DNA from: an uncultured Planctomycetaceae bacterium
GTDB taxonomy: Bacteria > Planctomycetota > Planctomycetia > Planctomycetales > Planctomycetaceae
Length of the DNA stretch: 64,000 nt
Reading direction: 5' to 3'
Assembly (NCBI GenBank): GCA_963976765.1
Contig: CAXBME010000016.1
Location: forward strand, 62,001 to 126,000
Shown: in pieces, positions 43,600 to 55,039 of the stretch
How the letters are laid out: each line of letters starts with the position of its first letter
Numbering within the stretch: position 1 is the stretch's first letter
Notes under the pieces: model-generated
The model's database searches: none
What the model saw: the letters and a program-made list of their open reading frames with translations, nothing else
Told to the model about the DNA's origin: nothing
Translations under genes and position numbers: made by a program

Positions 43600-44457
43600 T
43601 CATTGTCCAGCCGCGGCTTTGGCTTTCGCTTCTTCTTTGGCGGAGAGCTCCGGGTTGGGCGTTGCGTCGGCTTCTTCGAGCCCCATGACCCAACGCACGC
43701 CTCCGGTTACGGAAGCAATAAACCGCTTGTCCGTCCACGTTCCCTCATTGTGACCGAGGTTTGTGTAGAACATTCGGCCTTTGCCGTACTCTTTTACCCA
43801 GGAAACGGGCACGTGGTAGGGCTTGGACGGTTTGCACTTCGACATATCAAGGCTCATCAGAACGCGAACTTTTTCCGGCTGCCAGTTCTTGTACTGATAG
43901 ATTTCATCTTTAATTTCAAACGACGTCCCACCGAACGCTTTCATGGCCGGATGACCTGGTTCGTGGACCGCAACTGTCACTGTCGTTCCTGCGCCCCACG
44001 GATGCCCATCAAAGCTGCCGCCGATCATGTCCCAGTACGGCTTGTAATCTTTGAACGTGTCGGTTGCTGAGTGAAAGCCTACGACTCCGTGCCCTTTCTG
44101 AGTCAGCCATTCATTAAAAAAGTAGTTAAGATCGGTTTCAGCAATCGGCAGTTTCCCGGTCGTGTAAAACATGACCAGGTCGTAGTTCTTCAGATTTTCT
44201 TTCGTAAAATCGGCCGCGCAGTCCTGCGTGCAGTGAACTTCGAACAAACCAGTCTGCTGGCCAAGCTGCGTCATCGCGATCTCAGCTGGCGCCAGTTCCT
44301 GTTCCTTACGATTCACCGAGCCATGCCGAAAGCCGGCGCTCTGACTGACAAACAGGACCTTCGCCTTCTTGTCCTCGGCTGAAACGTCTGAGTCGATTAC
44401 GAACAGCGCAGCAACAGCAAGACCTGCGAGACAGAGAACCAATCGATGCAGAATCAT
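43600..44457 (-). CDS. ThuA domain protein
   Basis: GFRH, GFHSATD, GGSFDGHPW, DEIY, GRMFYTNLGH. Confidence 0.88.
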   Translation of the reverse strand: MILHRLVLCLAGLAVAALFVIDSDVSAEDKKAKVLFVSQSAGFRHGSVNRKEQELAPAEIAMTQLGQQTGLFEVHCTQDCAADFTKENLKNYDLVMFYTTGKLPIAETDLNYFFNEWLTQKGHGVVGFHSATDTFKDYKPYWDMIGGSFDGHPWGAGTTVTVAVHEPGHPAMKAFGGTSFEIKDEIYQYKNWQPEKVRVLMSLDMSKCKPSKPYHVPVSWVKEYGKGRMFYTNLGHNEGTWTDKRFIASVTGGVRWVMGLEEADATPNPELSAKEEAKAKAAAGQ

Positions 44458-44609
44458 GGACAGTATTCCTTCAAAGGTTGCGGTGAAATCCAGTCATGGC
44501 TCTTTCGCCTTGGCAGCACTTGATGACCGGCACGGACGAGTTTACTCTCGAACTCATCGACAGTGCAAAGTCGACGTCGAATATCGAAAGAGTTCAGGTA
44601 CGTGGCGAT

Positions 44610-45743
44610 TCAATCGCCCTTTGACTGGCGACGGCGCGAGCCGGTTCGGTTCAGATCAACGAACGATTCAGTCTTCTCTGTCAGCACAATGCCGCCTTTG
44701 GCCGGTCGAAAGAAAAGAGTTGTCTGACCGTCGTGCGTCGCCGCCACTGGATGATCAAGCAGATAGCCTCGGGAGTGCGACCAGTTGTGAAACAGCTTTT
44801 CGGAGTCATCGAAGTTAGCTGGAAAACGAGCCACTCGCGTCCCCACTTCGGACAATGTGGTATTCAGCTTTCGAGCCTGAATCACGTCTTCCGTGACAAA
44901 ATAGAGCACTTTCTGAGTCACGTCAGGAATAATCAGTCTTCCATAATCGCCTTCAAGCAGCGACAGCGGGACGCCGCCAAAAACAACGTTCTGACCAATC
45001 AGATATCCGCCGGGATGAACCTGGTAGACGAACGGGGTCGAAGTATGACCACCTCGAAATATCTGCCGTGCGTTTCGATTGGCTCCGACAAATTCATCAT
45101 AGTCAAAACCTGTGATGCCGCCTGACGGGCTGAGGTTGAACGATCCCTGCGTCACAATAAATCGTCCGTCGTAAGTCACCGTGGCCAATGCCGACTTTGA
45201 AATTGGCTTGAAAGAACCAGTCTTCGTACTCACCACAAAAATCATACTGTCCTGATACGACGACTGACCGCCGGGGCCATGACAGGTGACGATGATCTCA
45301 TTCTCAAACGCTTTGCCCTGCGGCGCAGACATGTGAACGATGCTGTCTTTGGGAATCCTGAACTGCTTTGCCAGTTGCCAGTCTTTCGCCTCAACGAACA
45401 CACTGATCGTTCCGCTGAGACTATCAGCAACAATCAACTGACCGTTTCGCCACAAGGCATTTCTGGGCGACGGCGTCTCGAGGACAGAGATCACACGTGC
45501 TTCCCGCACGTCGTAGATCGTGACCGCGTTTTCTGCCTGGTGAGTCAGAAAGAGTTTTTCGCCGTCCTCTGACATCTCCATGAACGTGACGGGGTCGTCG
45601 AGTTTCAACGGTTCAAAGACAACGTCTGGATTGCCTGCAACTTCGTCAGCAGCAATTGCGCGGACATCACACAGCAGCGAGAGCACTGCCAGTGCCGCAA
45701 GCAGGATACCCCTGAAGCCGACTCGACAGACAAGTTCCTTCAT
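44610..45743 (-). CDS. secreted hypothetical protein (YncE-like beta-propeller)
   Basis: Signal peptide; ATG overlaps the upstream TGA (TGATG). Confidence 0.65.
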   Translation of the reverse strand: MKELVCRVGFRGILLAALAVLSLLCDVRAIAADEVAGNPDVVFEPLKLDDPVTFMEMSEDGEKLFLTHQAENAVTIYDVREARVISVLETPSPRNALWRNGQLIVADSLSGTISVFVEAKDWQLAKQFRIPKDSIVHMSAPQGKAFENEIIVTCHGPGGQSSYQDSMIFVVSTKTGSFKPISKSALATVTYDGRFIVTQGSFNLSPSGGITGFDYDEFVGANRNARQIFRGGHTSTPFVYQVHPGGYLIGQNVVFGGVPLSLLEGDYGRLIIPDVTQKVLYFVTEDVIQARKLNTTLSEVGTRVARFPANFDDSEKLFHNWSHSRGYLLDHPVAATHDGQTTLFFRPAKGGIVLTEKTESFVDLNRTGSRRRQSKGD

Positions 45744-47029
45744 CAGGCTTCCCACCCTTTCCGGAATTCCGTACGAATGAGCGCGTCGGCCTGTCTGTTG
45801 CCGCCAGTCGAAAGCGTCTTCGCATCCCAGTCAAAACCGCTGCCCGCTCGGTACGCCGTATTCGCCAGCAAAACGGTTTCCGACAGTGGACCGGAGTAGC
45901 CAAAGTCGCAGGTTGCAGACTCGCCACCGCGGATCGCGTTGAACCATTCGTTGTAAAAACCTGGCGAATCGGGAATCGATTTTTCCGGCGTCCTGTAGTC
46001 AGCAAACTTCTCTTCGGGCAGCAGTTGGTACTTACCGAAACCGGTCAACAACATCCCGCCGTCGCCGATGAAGAGAGTGTTCATCCCCTTATCAGAAAGC
46101 CCCTTCTCCTTCAAAATCGGTGGGCCACTTTTGGCGTGGTACCAGTGCAGCGTCACGCCCTTATCAGGAAACTCAAGCCGCGTCGTCATCGACTTTGAAG
46201 TTCGCTGCGGGTCAACTTCCGGCCCCGAGCCATCAACCCTCTTTGGATACTTTAGGCCCAAAGCCCAGAACGGGATATCCAGAATGTGGCAGCCGAAATT
46301 TCCCGTTTCGCCCGTACCAAAGTCCCACCAGAAGCGCCAGTTGTAGGGGCAATAAGAAGATGAGTACGGTCGATCTGCAGCCGGTCCCAGCCACAAATCC
46401 CAATCCAGATGCGCGGGAACTTTCTCACCCGTTTTCGCTGGAGACGGCATTCCTCGATCGCCACCGATCCAACTGTGAACTTCACTGACCTTGCCGATAG
46501 CGCCCGCCTGAATCAGCTCAACGCTGCGGTGCATGACCGACAGCGTGTGCCGCTGCACTCCCAACTGTGTGGCGAGTTTCATCTTCTTCGCCATGTCGGT
46601 CATCTCTCGGATTTCCCAGACCGAGTGTGCCATTGGCTTTTCGCAATACAGATGCTTGCCCATCCGCATTGCCATCATCGAGGCATGGTAATGTGTATGG
46701 TCCGGAGTGCTGACGACTACGGCGTCGATCTGACCTTCCATCTCGTCGAGCATCTTTCGGAAATCTTTGAAGCGTGTTGCCTTCGGATGCTTTTCGAACA
46801 TCTTGCCGGCTCGGCTCTCGTCGAGATCACAAAGGGCGACGATATTCTGCTTCGAGACTCCACCGACGTTCGCCGAACCGCGACCACCAATCCCGATACA
46901 GGCAACGTTGATCTTTTCGTTCGGAGATTCGTCGGCTCGACTGGAAACGCTGCCACCCAGCCAGAAACCAGCACCAATCGCGGCAGCAGACTGTAGAACG
47001 TCCCGGCGGTTCATTAATCGTTCTGGCAT
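45743..47029 (-). CDS. Gfo/Idh/MocA oxidoreductase with Tat signal
   Basis: NRRDVL, IGIGGRG, STPDHTH, CEKP, WDLWLGPA. Confidence 0.92.
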   Translation of the reverse strand: MPERLMNRRDVLQSAAAIGAGFWLGGSVSSRADESPNEKINVACIGIGGRGSANVGGVSKQNIVALCDLDESRAGKMFEKHPKATRFKDFRKMLDEMEGQIDAVVVSTPDHTHYHASMMAMRMGKHLYCEKPMAHSVWEIREMTDMAKKMKLATQLGVQRHTLSVMHRSVELIQAGAIGKVSEVHSWIGGDRGMPSPAKTGEKVPAHLDWDLWLGPAADRPYSSSYCPYNWRFWWDFGTGETGNFGCHILDIPFWALGLKYPKRVDGSGPEVDPQRTSKSMTTRLEFPDKGVTLHWYHAKSGPPILKEKGLSDKGMNTLFIGDGGMLLTGFGKYQLLPEEKFADYRTPEKSIPDSPGFYNEWFNAIRGGESATCDFGYSGPLSETVLLANTAYRAGSGFDWDAKTLSTGGNRQADALIRTEFRKGWEA

Positions 47030-47082
47030 TCAATCGTTCCTCATTCAGAAATGCGGACAACAGCGTACGTTCGCACGCCTTA

Positions 47083-48513
47083 TTATTGATTTTTCAGCCG
47101 GGCACTCAATTCAGCCAGCAGTGCCTGCACAACCTCGGGCTGCTCGGTGGCGACGTTGCGAGTTTCTCCGTCAGCCGTCCGGTGATCGTAAAGTTCGTTG
47201 TACCCGTCCTTGTGAGCGACCAATCGATGCGTGTCCGTGCGGATCGTTCGAGCTTTGGCATAAGCAATCGCGGAGTGCCCTGCCGCTGACGGGTCCTTGA
47301 TGATCGGGAGCAAAGAAACTCCGTCGACAAAGTCCGGCTTCGGCAAACCGGCAATTCCACAAACCGACGGAAACACATCGATCGTCTCGACCATCGAATC
47401 TGAATACTTGCCCGGCTTCGGCATGTCGGGGTAAGAGATGATCAGCGGAGAATGCAGCGACTCTTCGAACAATGCATGCTTGCCCCAGATCGCATGCTCG
47501 CCCAGATGCCAGCCATGATCACCCCACAGCACGACGATCGTGTTGTCTGCTTCGCCTGTCGCGTTTAATCGTTCGATCACTCGCCCGACCTGGGCATCGG
47601 CATACGAGACGCATGCCGCATAATGTCTTCGTACTTCGGTCGCGAACTCGGCATCTGTGTTCGGATTTCGTTTCCAACGGTTGTACTTCATGAACTCGCC
47701 CGAGCCATGCCAGGTCGTCTTTCCTGCCGGTTTGGCCGGATGGGCAATCGGCGGCAGTTCAACGCCCTCGTACAGGTCGAGGTATTTCTTCGGAGCACCG
47801 AATGGCAGATGAGGTCGGATAATTCCAACAGCAAGGAAGAACGGTTTGCCGTCATCGGCCTTCGTCAGCTGATCGAGTTGATTCAACGCTTCGTTGGTAA
47901 TCAGGCCGTCTGGGTAAATCGAATCCGGACCTTCGACGGCCTGAAAGAGATCCATTTTCGAAGCGTCGCCGCGGATCTCGCCGTTGGCCAGTCCGTGCAT
48001 CGATCCTCGAGGATGCAGCCACGGGCCAGCCGGCAACAAGTGACGATCCCACGACAGCGGCATCTCGTGAATCGAGTCGTTGTCCCAATCGCTGCCGCCG
48101 CGACCGCCCGGATGGTGCGATACCTTGCCGACCGAAACTGTCGTGTAACCGTTCTGCCGGAACCACGCGGGAAAGCTCGGCGGATACGTTTTCGGATCTT
48201 TCGCGACTTTCGCACCGCGAGCGAACAACGCTCCGTTGCCTGCCGGGCCGTAAGTGCCGGTCAGCAAAGCGTACCTGGACGCGCCACACGTCGGAGCCTG
48301 CACGTAATGCCGATGAAACGCTCGACCACGAGCCGCCAGCGCGTCGATATTCGGAGACCTGATATAGCTCTTTCCGAAACATGCCAGTTCCGGTCGCAGA
48401 TCGTCGACACAAAGCAGCAGGACATTCGGCTGCTTTGCCGCTGCCGCGTCCAGCCTCGGAAAAACCATCAGCAACGCCACAAGCAACAGCCACAGATACG
48501 AATTTCGTCTCAT
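47083..48513 (-). CDS. sulfatase (iduronate-2-sulfatase-like)
   Basis: [47 protein letters not shown] before ATG 48513. Confidence 0.92.
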   Translation of the reverse strand: MRRNSYLWLLLVALLMVFPRLDAAAAKQPNVLLLCVDDLRPELACFGKSYIRSPNIDALAARGRAFHRHYVQAPTCGASRYALLTGTYGPAGNGALFARGAKVAKDPKTYPPSFPAWFRQNGYTTVSVGKVSHHPGGRGGSDWDNDSIHEMPLSWDRHLLPAGPWLHPRGSMHGLANGEIRGDASKMDLFQAVEGPDSIYPDGLITNEALNQLDQLTKADDGKPFFLAVGIIRPHLPFGAPKKYLDLYEGVELPPIAHPAKPAGKTTWHGSGEFMKYNRWKRNPNTDAEFATEVRRHYAACVSYADAQVGRVIERLNATGEADNTIVVLWGDHGWHLGEHAIWGKHALFEESLHSPLIISYPDMPKPGKYSDSMVETIDVFPSVCGIAGLPKPDFVDGVSLLPIIKDPSAAGHSAIAYAKARTIRTDTHRLVAHKDGYNELYDHRTADGETRNVATEQPEVVQALLAELSARLKNQ

Positions 48514-48712
48514 CCTGACTCTCCAATATCTGGCACCGACTACCAAAACCGAAGCTGCAAGCAGTTACGACAACCGACATTTCCGCGTGTTGAATCTACT
48601 GATGAGCTGCCTGGAAATGACGGGTGCGAGGCAGGTTTCTAACCGGCTACCACTGAACACAGCCCTGCCCACAACCTTTCGTTGACGGCAATTTTCAGAG
48701 CGACACAATCCA

Positions 48713-50251
48713 TCACGGACGACTTCGTCCGTCTGTGATGACTTTTTCGAGCAACGCCGTCAGACGTTTCGCCACCTCAGGATGCTCATCAAGCACGTTG
48801 TTCTTTTCACCAGGATCGCTGCTCAGATCGAACAGCCGGTATTGCGTGACTCTGGTGTTTGTCAGCGGTGTGTTGACTTTAACGTTTCGAGCCTGCTTTG
48901 AATCGTGACGTTGAAGTTTCCAGTGGCCAACTCGAAGTCCATAGTTGCCACCTTTCCCGTTGTCCTGTTGAACAAGGTGAGCTCGGCCTTCGGCTCCCTT
49001 TTCACCCAGCAGGGCGCCGAGAACGTTGAAGCTGTCGATGCAGGCGTCGTCCTTCAGTTTCGCGCCGGTCATCGCTGCAAAGCTCGCGGCCATATCGATC
49101 GTGCAGACGAGTTCGTCCGATTCGCCTGCCGGCACGCGACCTTTCCACCGAGTAATGAATGGCGTCCGTGTTCCACCTTCCAGGACGCTGTATTTTCCAC
49201 CGCTGAACGGTCCAGATGCCCGGTGATCGCCGTTGTTCTCCAATGCTCCGTCTTTGTAACCATCATCCAGTACAGGACCATTGTCCGAGCAGAAGACGAC
49301 GAGCGTGTTCTCGGAAATGCCGAGCCGATCCAGCGTTTTCATCAACTCGCCGACGCACCAGTCAAGCTGCACGATGGAATCACCGCGAAAGCCGAGTGGC
49401 GACTTCCCCTGAAAACGTTCGTGCGGAATTCTCGGAACGTGCAGGTCGTGCGACGAGAAAAAAAGGAAGAAGGGATTGTCCTTGTTGGACTCGATCCACT
49501 TATTCGACTGGTTGACCCATTCGTCTGCGAGGTCTTCGTCCCGGAACCGAGCGGCGTGACCACCCGTGTAGAAGCCGATCCGGCTGATGCCATTGTGAAT
49601 GGTCGAGTTGTGCCCGTGTGACCAGTCCATCTTGAGAGAGTCACGATGAGTGATCCCCGTGGGATGGTCCGCGCTGGGCTTTCTGTCGCCGACCCAGAGC
49701 GGATCCTTTGGATCGAGATTCAGTACGCGATGATTCTGAACGTAGACCTGAGGAACTCGATCGTTTGTCGTCGGCAGTAGAAAGTTGAATCCGAAACCAA
49801 TTTCGCGCGGCCCCGGTTTCAGTTCGCCGTTCCAGTCCGGTCCGTCCGGCCCGCCAAGTCCAAGGTGCCATTTCCCAACAACCGCCGTCCGGTACCCGAC
49901 GCTTTGCAGCAATGACGCGATCGTCTCTGTCTCTGGCTGAATAATCGCAGGACTGTTCGGCGGAGCGATTCCAGTCCTCGGTCGGCGAAACGCGTAGGTG
50001 CCTGTCAGAAACGAATACCGAGTCGGCGTGCAGGTCGAGGCGGAACAATAGCCGCTGGTAAACCGCTGCCCTTCTGCCGCCAGACGGTCAATATTCGGAG
50101 TCTTCACTCGAGTCGCGCCGTAACACGAAAGATCTCCGTAGCCCAAATCGTCCGCCATGATCACGATAATATTTGGCTTTTCAGCGGCAAATAAAACCGG
50201 CGACGAAAACAGAACACCAAACAGCAGCAAACAAAGGCGACGAAGAATCAT
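48713..50251 (-). CDS. arylsulfatase
   Basis: PNIIVIMADDLGYGD, CTPTRYSFLTG, GKWHLG, SDNG, EGGTRTP. Confidence 0.93.
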   Translation of the reverse strand: MILRRLCLLLFGVLFSSPVLFAAEKPNIIVIMADDLGYGDLSCYGATRVKTPNIDRLAAEGQRFTSGYCSASTCTPTRYSFLTGTYAFRRPRTGIAPPNSPAIIQPETETIASLLQSVGYRTAVVGKWHLGLGGPDGPDWNGELKPGPREIGFGFNFLLPTTNDRVPQVYVQNHRVLNLDPKDPLWVGDRKPSADHPTGITHRDSLKMDWSHGHNSTIHNGISRIGFYTGGHAARFRDEDLADEWVNQSNKWIESNKDNPFFLFFSSHDLHVPRIPHERFQGKSPLGFRGDSIVQLDWCVGELMKTLDRLGISENTLVVFCSDNGPVLDDGYKDGALENNGDHRASGPFSGGKYSVLEGGTRTPFITRWKGRVPAGESDELVCTIDMAASFAAMTGAKLKDDACIDSFNVLGALLGEKGAEGRAHLVQQDNGKGGNYGLRVGHWKLQRHDSKQARNVKVNTPLTNTRVTQYRLFDLSSDPGEKNNVLDEHPEVAKRLTALLEKVITDGRSRP

Positions 50252-50526
50252 TCGAGATTTGTCCTGAGGTGGATTGCCTGAAGTGGATTAAAAGATTCAC
50301 CGAGCGGGTGAACGAAGCGTTAGCCTGAGTCCGCAAATCTCAACGATGATTATTGGTCCGGCCCGAAATCACAACGCGACAGCCTGTGGACACGCCAATT
50401 CATCTGTCAGATCTGTCGCCTTCTCCAACTGGCGATACTTTCTGCTGCTGACCAGGTCAGAGGTCATCACGGGACGACCAGAACGTTGACGATACGGTCC
50501 TTCAATTTGTCACCGGCTTTGCGACA

Positions 50527-51378
50527 CTACGACGGCCAGCACTGCGAGCCGCCGTCCACGCGCAATACCTGGCCAGTCACGAACTGCCCCATTGGCCCGG
50601 CGAAGAACTCGACCACACGAGCCACTTCATCGACGAGCGCTATTCGTTCGAGCGTTCCTGATTCGGTCATGCGTTCCTGATCGACTTCGCGAGTTCCCAG
50701 AAAACGTCCCGTCCGAGTATCGCCGGGAGCCAGGCTGTTGACGGTAACATCGTACGGTCGCATCTGCAGGGCGAGACACCGGGTATATTCAACGACTGCC
50801 GCTTTGGCTGTTGAGTAGATGGCTGAATTCACATTTCCCCGGAAGGCGGCGATTGAGCTGATGTTGATAATCCGGCCCGTCTTCCGCTCCATCATGCTGC
50901 GTGAAACGTGCTGATTGATGAAGACTGTACTCAGCAGGTTTCGATCCATCACCGATCGGACGTCTTCTTCTTTAATCATGACGGCATCGTTGGGGTTTGG
51001 TTTTCCGCCCTTTGCAGCGATGTCTCCCCCGGCATTGTGAACCAGTATATCGATTGGCCCCAAAGCGTCGCTGACTTCCTGAACGATGCGCCCGACCTGT
51101 TCATTATCAGTCAGGTCACCGAGGGCGCGGACTGTTTTCACTCCGTACTTCTCGCCGATCTCGTGAGCCGTGTCCGTGAGTGTTGTGCCTTCGCCATACT
51201 CAGCAGGGCCGTTTTCTCTCATCCCATGAATGCCGACGTTGCATCCGAGGTTCGCCAGAGTTTCTGCGAACGCTCGCCCAAGTCCTCTCCCGGATCCGGT
51301 CACGATTGCCGTTTTTCCTGCCAGCAGCTTTCCTGATGCGTCGTTCATGGTCTTGTTGGTTCCAGGTTCAATGTTCAT
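50527..51378 (-). CDS. SDR family oxidoreductase
   Basis: TGSGRGLG, HNAG, YSTAK, VDGG. Confidence 0.92.
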   Translation of the reverse strand: MNIEPGTNKTMNDASGKLLAGKTAIVTGSGRGLGRAFAETLANLGCNVGIHGMRENGPAEYGEGTTLTDTAHEIGEKYGVKTVRALGDLTDNEQVGRIVQEVSDALGPIDILVHNAGGDIAAKGGKPNPNDAVMIKEEDVRSVMDRNLLSTVFINQHVSRSMMERKTGRIINISSIAAFRGNVNSAIYSTAKAAVVEYTRCLALQMRPYDVTVNSLAPGDTRTGRFLGTREVDQERMTESGTLERIALVDEVARVVEFFAGPMGQFVTGQVLRVDGGSQCWPS

Positions 51379-51517
51379 GGTTATGGCCGGTCGAAAGTGT
51401 GCCGCTGGTTCCGCCAGCGTTTCTCAGAGCCGCTAAATCGAATGAGGCCGGATGAGGCATAATGGCCGAGCCAGTGGTACACCAGGAGTGGCGTCTTCTG
51501 CCAATCTCAAAAGATTG

Positions 51518-54403
51518 CTAATTCTTAAAGCGTCTTCGAGCCTGCTTTCTCGCCTGTTCAAAGACTGACGCGGTAGTCTTGTCGGTGGTTGGTAATTTTT
51601 CATCCGACTGCGCCGCTGGTGATTTCTGATCAGTCTCCGCAGTTGCTCCCACTGTGCTTTGCCGCTTTTCGGAATCGCGTTTGCGGGACGTCCGAGCTGC
51701 CCGTCGCTGTTCCCTGGTCGAACGGATTTTCGCCAGCCAGCCGGCAGCACCAGTTTTTGCCGATTCAGTTTGCGCAGCGGAAGCCGCCATCGGAGTTTGA
51801 GCGACCTCGCGAAGTCGTTCCCAAAGGGCGAGTCGTCGCCCGGCAATCTCCAGGAGCAGCAGAATGATTCCTGCAATCATCAGTGGAGCAAGCAGCGAAA
51901 CAGTGCGAGCGGATCGCGGCGGATTCCTGAAGATGTCCATCACGTCCGTGCGAAGTTCGCCGCCGCTCAACTCGGCGATTCGGGCGAGTATTTCCCGCCC
52001 CGACGGCAGTCCGACGCGAGGCGCAAACTCGGGCGAGTAAGGCAGCGTGATCGTCGGGCCTCGTGTGAAGGTTCTCTCGCCCGTGCGAACGAGCGTTCGA
52101 TACGTCCCGGTCTGGTCAAGCCGAAATCGGAATTCCAGTTCGTGAGCACCGGTCCAGACAAAGTCTGGCCGCAGCACGTTTTCCCGTTCCTGCCCAGGCG
52201 GCACGATGATCAGTTCTGGATTCAGCGTCGACTTCTGACCGGCGCTTGCAGGGTCGAGTTCCAGCCTCACGATCGCGTCCTGGCCGGACTGTTCAACTTT
52301 GACGAAAACATCATTGGAGCTTCCACCGCCCAGCAGCCACCGCACGTGTGTGACGAGAAAATCTTCGTACTGATCCCAGCTTCCGAACTGCCCGGAAAAG
52401 TTTCCGTCGACTTCCAGCGTGATCGCGGCAACCCGGCCGAGACCGCGATACCAGAACGACGACCACGGCGCCTGATACTCGTCCCCCGACAGGACAGCCG
52501 CAGTCGCTTCCGGGCGAAGATAGCTCAGGTTGTAACCATCCGCCTTTGGGAAAGGGCCGTTGCCGAGATTGCCCATCAGCAAGGCATCCGGAATTCTCGC
52601 GCCGGGAATGCCGTCGGGCTGTGTGTTCGGATCCGGTTCGACAAACGTGTTTCGAGCGATGCTCATCGTGTCCTGAGCGAACAGCCTGGGCAGTTCTTCG
52701 GCATCGGCTGTAAACATGATGTTGCCACCGCCAAGCTTCGCGACGTCTTCCAGCAGTCTTGCATCGCTGTCCGCTTTTGTTCCGAGTCCGATCACGCTGA
52801 CCGTGATGCCGGCGGCTTCGTACTTCTTGAGCAGGGCCTTGTACGCTCCCGGTTCTTCGCTGTCCTGAGCGTCTGAAAACAGAATGATGTGCCGAGTGGA
52901 ATAGCCCTCAGCTTTCATCAGTTGCGAACCCGCTTCGACGAGCGCTTCGTAAACGAAAATGCCTCCGCCCATGCTCTGAATGCCGAGCACCTTGTGCGCA
53001 ATCCCTTCCGCATCGTCGACCGGCGACAGCGGCACGATCACGTGTGGCGAGCTGTCGACCGCAATGATCGACACCATGTCCTGCGCCGACAACATGCGAA
53101 CGCACTCGGCGGTGCCGAGGTTGGCGAGGTCCATTTTTGTTTTGCCGCCTTTGACCGGCGCGGTCATACTGCCGGATCGGTCGAGGGCAACGGCGATGGC
53201 GACTCGAAGTTTGCGATGCTCTTCGCGAAGCTCCATCGACACCGGCAGAATTTCTTCCAGCGGACTTCGAAAATAACCACCCGTTCCGAAGCTGCGTTTT
53301 CCGCCCGTCATCAACAGCCCGCCGCCGAGATCCTCGACGAACTGCGTCAGCCGCTCCATCTTCAGCCGCCCGAAATCTTCGGCAGGAACGTTCTCAAGCA
53401 CGATCGTTCGGTAGCCGTCCAGAGAATCCTGAGTGAGCGGATGATCGGATGCTTTGACCGTATCGACAGGAATTCTCGCCGCCGTGAGCGCTCGTTCAAG
53501 GTTCCCGGTCTGCCCGTCTGAATTCAGAACGAGCACGCGCGGCCCGGCGTCAACTCTGACAACGCCAGCCCCCGTGTTGTTTTCAGGAAGTGGGTCGTCG
53601 TCAAGTTTCAGCTCGACCGAGTAGCTGTGCAGGCCGCCATCTTCCAGCAGGTCGCGAAACAGCAAACGGTTCATACCTGTGTTGAAGTCGGCTTCTCGCC
53701 GAGCAATCTCGCGACCGTCACGCAAAACGTGAACGGTGCCCCAGGCTTCTCGCCCGGCGTGAATCCAGACCGAATACTGAAACGGCTCACGAGGAGCTAC
53801 CGTCTCCGGCAGAAGGACAGACTCAATTGCGACGTCTCCAACCTGCAGCCGCTCAAACTCGCGAGCGTCGATCGGAACGCCCTGCTCATTGGCTCGTCGT
53901 GCTGCCGATTCAGGGTTTGCTCCATTCGCCTCACCATCGGAAAGAATGAGAATGCGAGCCGGTCGGTTCGCGTCAACCCGATCGAGCGCGGTCATAATTG
54001 CCGCATTCAGATCGCTGCCGTTTGGATTGATCTCTTTGACCAATTCCGTACGGCTGATCCGGTTTGCCAGCTCGTATTCGACTCGCGAGTCCGTCCCGAA
54101 CGTCACCAGCGACAAACGATTGCCGCTGCCAACCGAAGTCGTAACGTGATCCTCAAGGTTGAGGATAATCTCGCGAATGTTGTCTCTCGCCTGAGCCGAC
54201 TGCGACAACGATCGATCCGCAACAACCACCAGGTCAACACCACGTCCGCCAATGTTGAGACGAGGCCCCGACAACGCCAGAACCAGAGCGATCAGCAGCG
54301 CAACTCTCAACCACCCGGTAGCCCCCCTCGCCTGCCCGAAGCGGCGATAAAGAAACCAGACGGGAATGGAGAGAATCAGCAGTTCCGGAAACTCAAACTG
54401 CAT
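51518..54403 (-). CDS. VWA domain membrane protein with glutamine-amidotransferase-like domain
   Basis: Two MIDAS motifs (DRSLS..SDG; DRSGS..SD), GGGLLMTGG, C-terminal transmembrane helix. ATG 54403. Confidence 0.85.
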   Translation of the reverse strand: MQFEFPELLILSIPVWFLYRRFGQARGATGWLRVALLIALVLALSGPRLNIGGRGVDLVVVADRSLSQSAQARDNIREIILNLEDHVTTSVGSGNRLSLVTFGTDSRVEYELANRISRTELVKEINPNGSDLNAAIMTALDRVDANRPARILILSDGEANGANPESAARRANEQGVPIDAREFERLQVGDVAIESVLLPETVAPREPFQYSVWIHAGREAWGTVHVLRDGREIARREADFNTGMNRLLFRDLLEDGGLHSYSVELKLDDDPLPENNTGAGVVRVDAGPRVLVLNSDGQTGNLERALTAARIPVDTVKASDHPLTQDSLDGYRTIVLENVPAEDFGRLKMERLTQFVEDLGGGLLMTGGKRSFGTGGYFRSPLEEILPVSMELREEHRKLRVAIAVALDRSGSMTAPVKGGKTKMDLANLGTAECVRMLSAQDMVSIIAVDSSPHVIVPLSPVDDAEGIAHKVLGIQSMGGGIFVYEALVEAGSQLMKAEGYSTRHIILFSDAQDSEEPGAYKALLKKYEAAGITVSVIGLGTKADSDARLLEDVAKLGGGNIMFTADAEELPRLFAQDTMSIARNTFVEPDPNTQPDGIPGARIPDALLMGNLGNGPFPKADGYNLSYLRPEATAAVLSGDEYQAPWSSFWYRGLGRVAAITLEVDGNFSGQFGSWDQYEDFLVTHVRWLLGGGSSNDVFVKVEQSGQDAIVRLELDPASAGQKSTLNPELIIVPPGQERENVLRPDFVWTGAHELEFRFRLDQTGTYRTLVRTGERTFTRGPTITLPYSPEFAPRVGLPSGREILARIAELSGGELRTDVMDIFRNPPRSARTVSLLAPLMIAGIILLLLEIAGRRLALWERLREVAQTPMAASAAQTESAKTGAAGWLAKIRSTREQRRAARTSRKRDSEKRQSTVGATAETDQKSPAAQSDEKLPTTDKTTASVFEQARKQARRRFKN

Positions 54404-54786
54404 GAAAGAAGCAACTCCGTGCTGGAGTAGAAGCTGGCATAGATTTTGTCGTTCACGGCCTGCCAATAATCAAGCAGTGACTGGATTCGTCGTTCGACTG
54501 TCACCTCAGCACTCGTTCGCCACAACCCTGAGTGGCCTCGACAGCGTTCGCTGAATTATGGCAACTCCATCGACGTGAGTCCCCTTCGGCCTGGCCACCT
54601 AATTCAAATTGACTGATTTCGATGGGTTGAATCCGTCGTCTGCCGATTCGATGAAATCACCAGAAACCTGTCAAATAAGCGACCTGCCGAGCGTGCAGGA
54701 ATTCGATTGATTGCCAACTCTTTGCTGGCTGGTTCGCTGCCGTTTCTTCGTCGACGCCATCGCTCACTCACTCTGGACTCAGCTGC

Positions 54787-54815
54787 TTGACATGCCCGCT
54801 GCTCGAAACTAACTT
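54787..54815 (+). promoter_or_regulatory. sigma70-type promoter, probably for tRNA-Ala
   Basis: TTGACA - 17 nt - TAACTT, about 150 nt upstream of the tRNA. Confidence 0.6.
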
Positions 54816-54966
54816 CCGGGTGTCGCAGGCAAGCGAGGATTTTTGACGGCTGAAATTCAAGAAGAAAACGATTCCGTCACAATCTTCTTGAGAATCGCTG
54901 TTCGTTTTGCCGATGACAGGTTCGCTATGTCACGAGCTTTTTAATCGGGACAAGCAGTTAGACATC

Positions 54967-55039
54967 GGGGGATTAGCTCAGTTGGGAGAGCGTCTGGCTG
55001 GCAGCCAGAAGGTCATCGGTTCAAGTCCGTTATCCTCCA
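54967..55039 (+). tRNA. tRNA-Ala(GGC)
   Basis: Acceptor GGGGGAT/ATCCTCC with G3:U70, D arm GCTC/GAGC, anticodon arm TCTGG-CTGGCAG-CCAGA, GGTTCAAGTCC T loop. CCA not encoded. Confidence 0.97.
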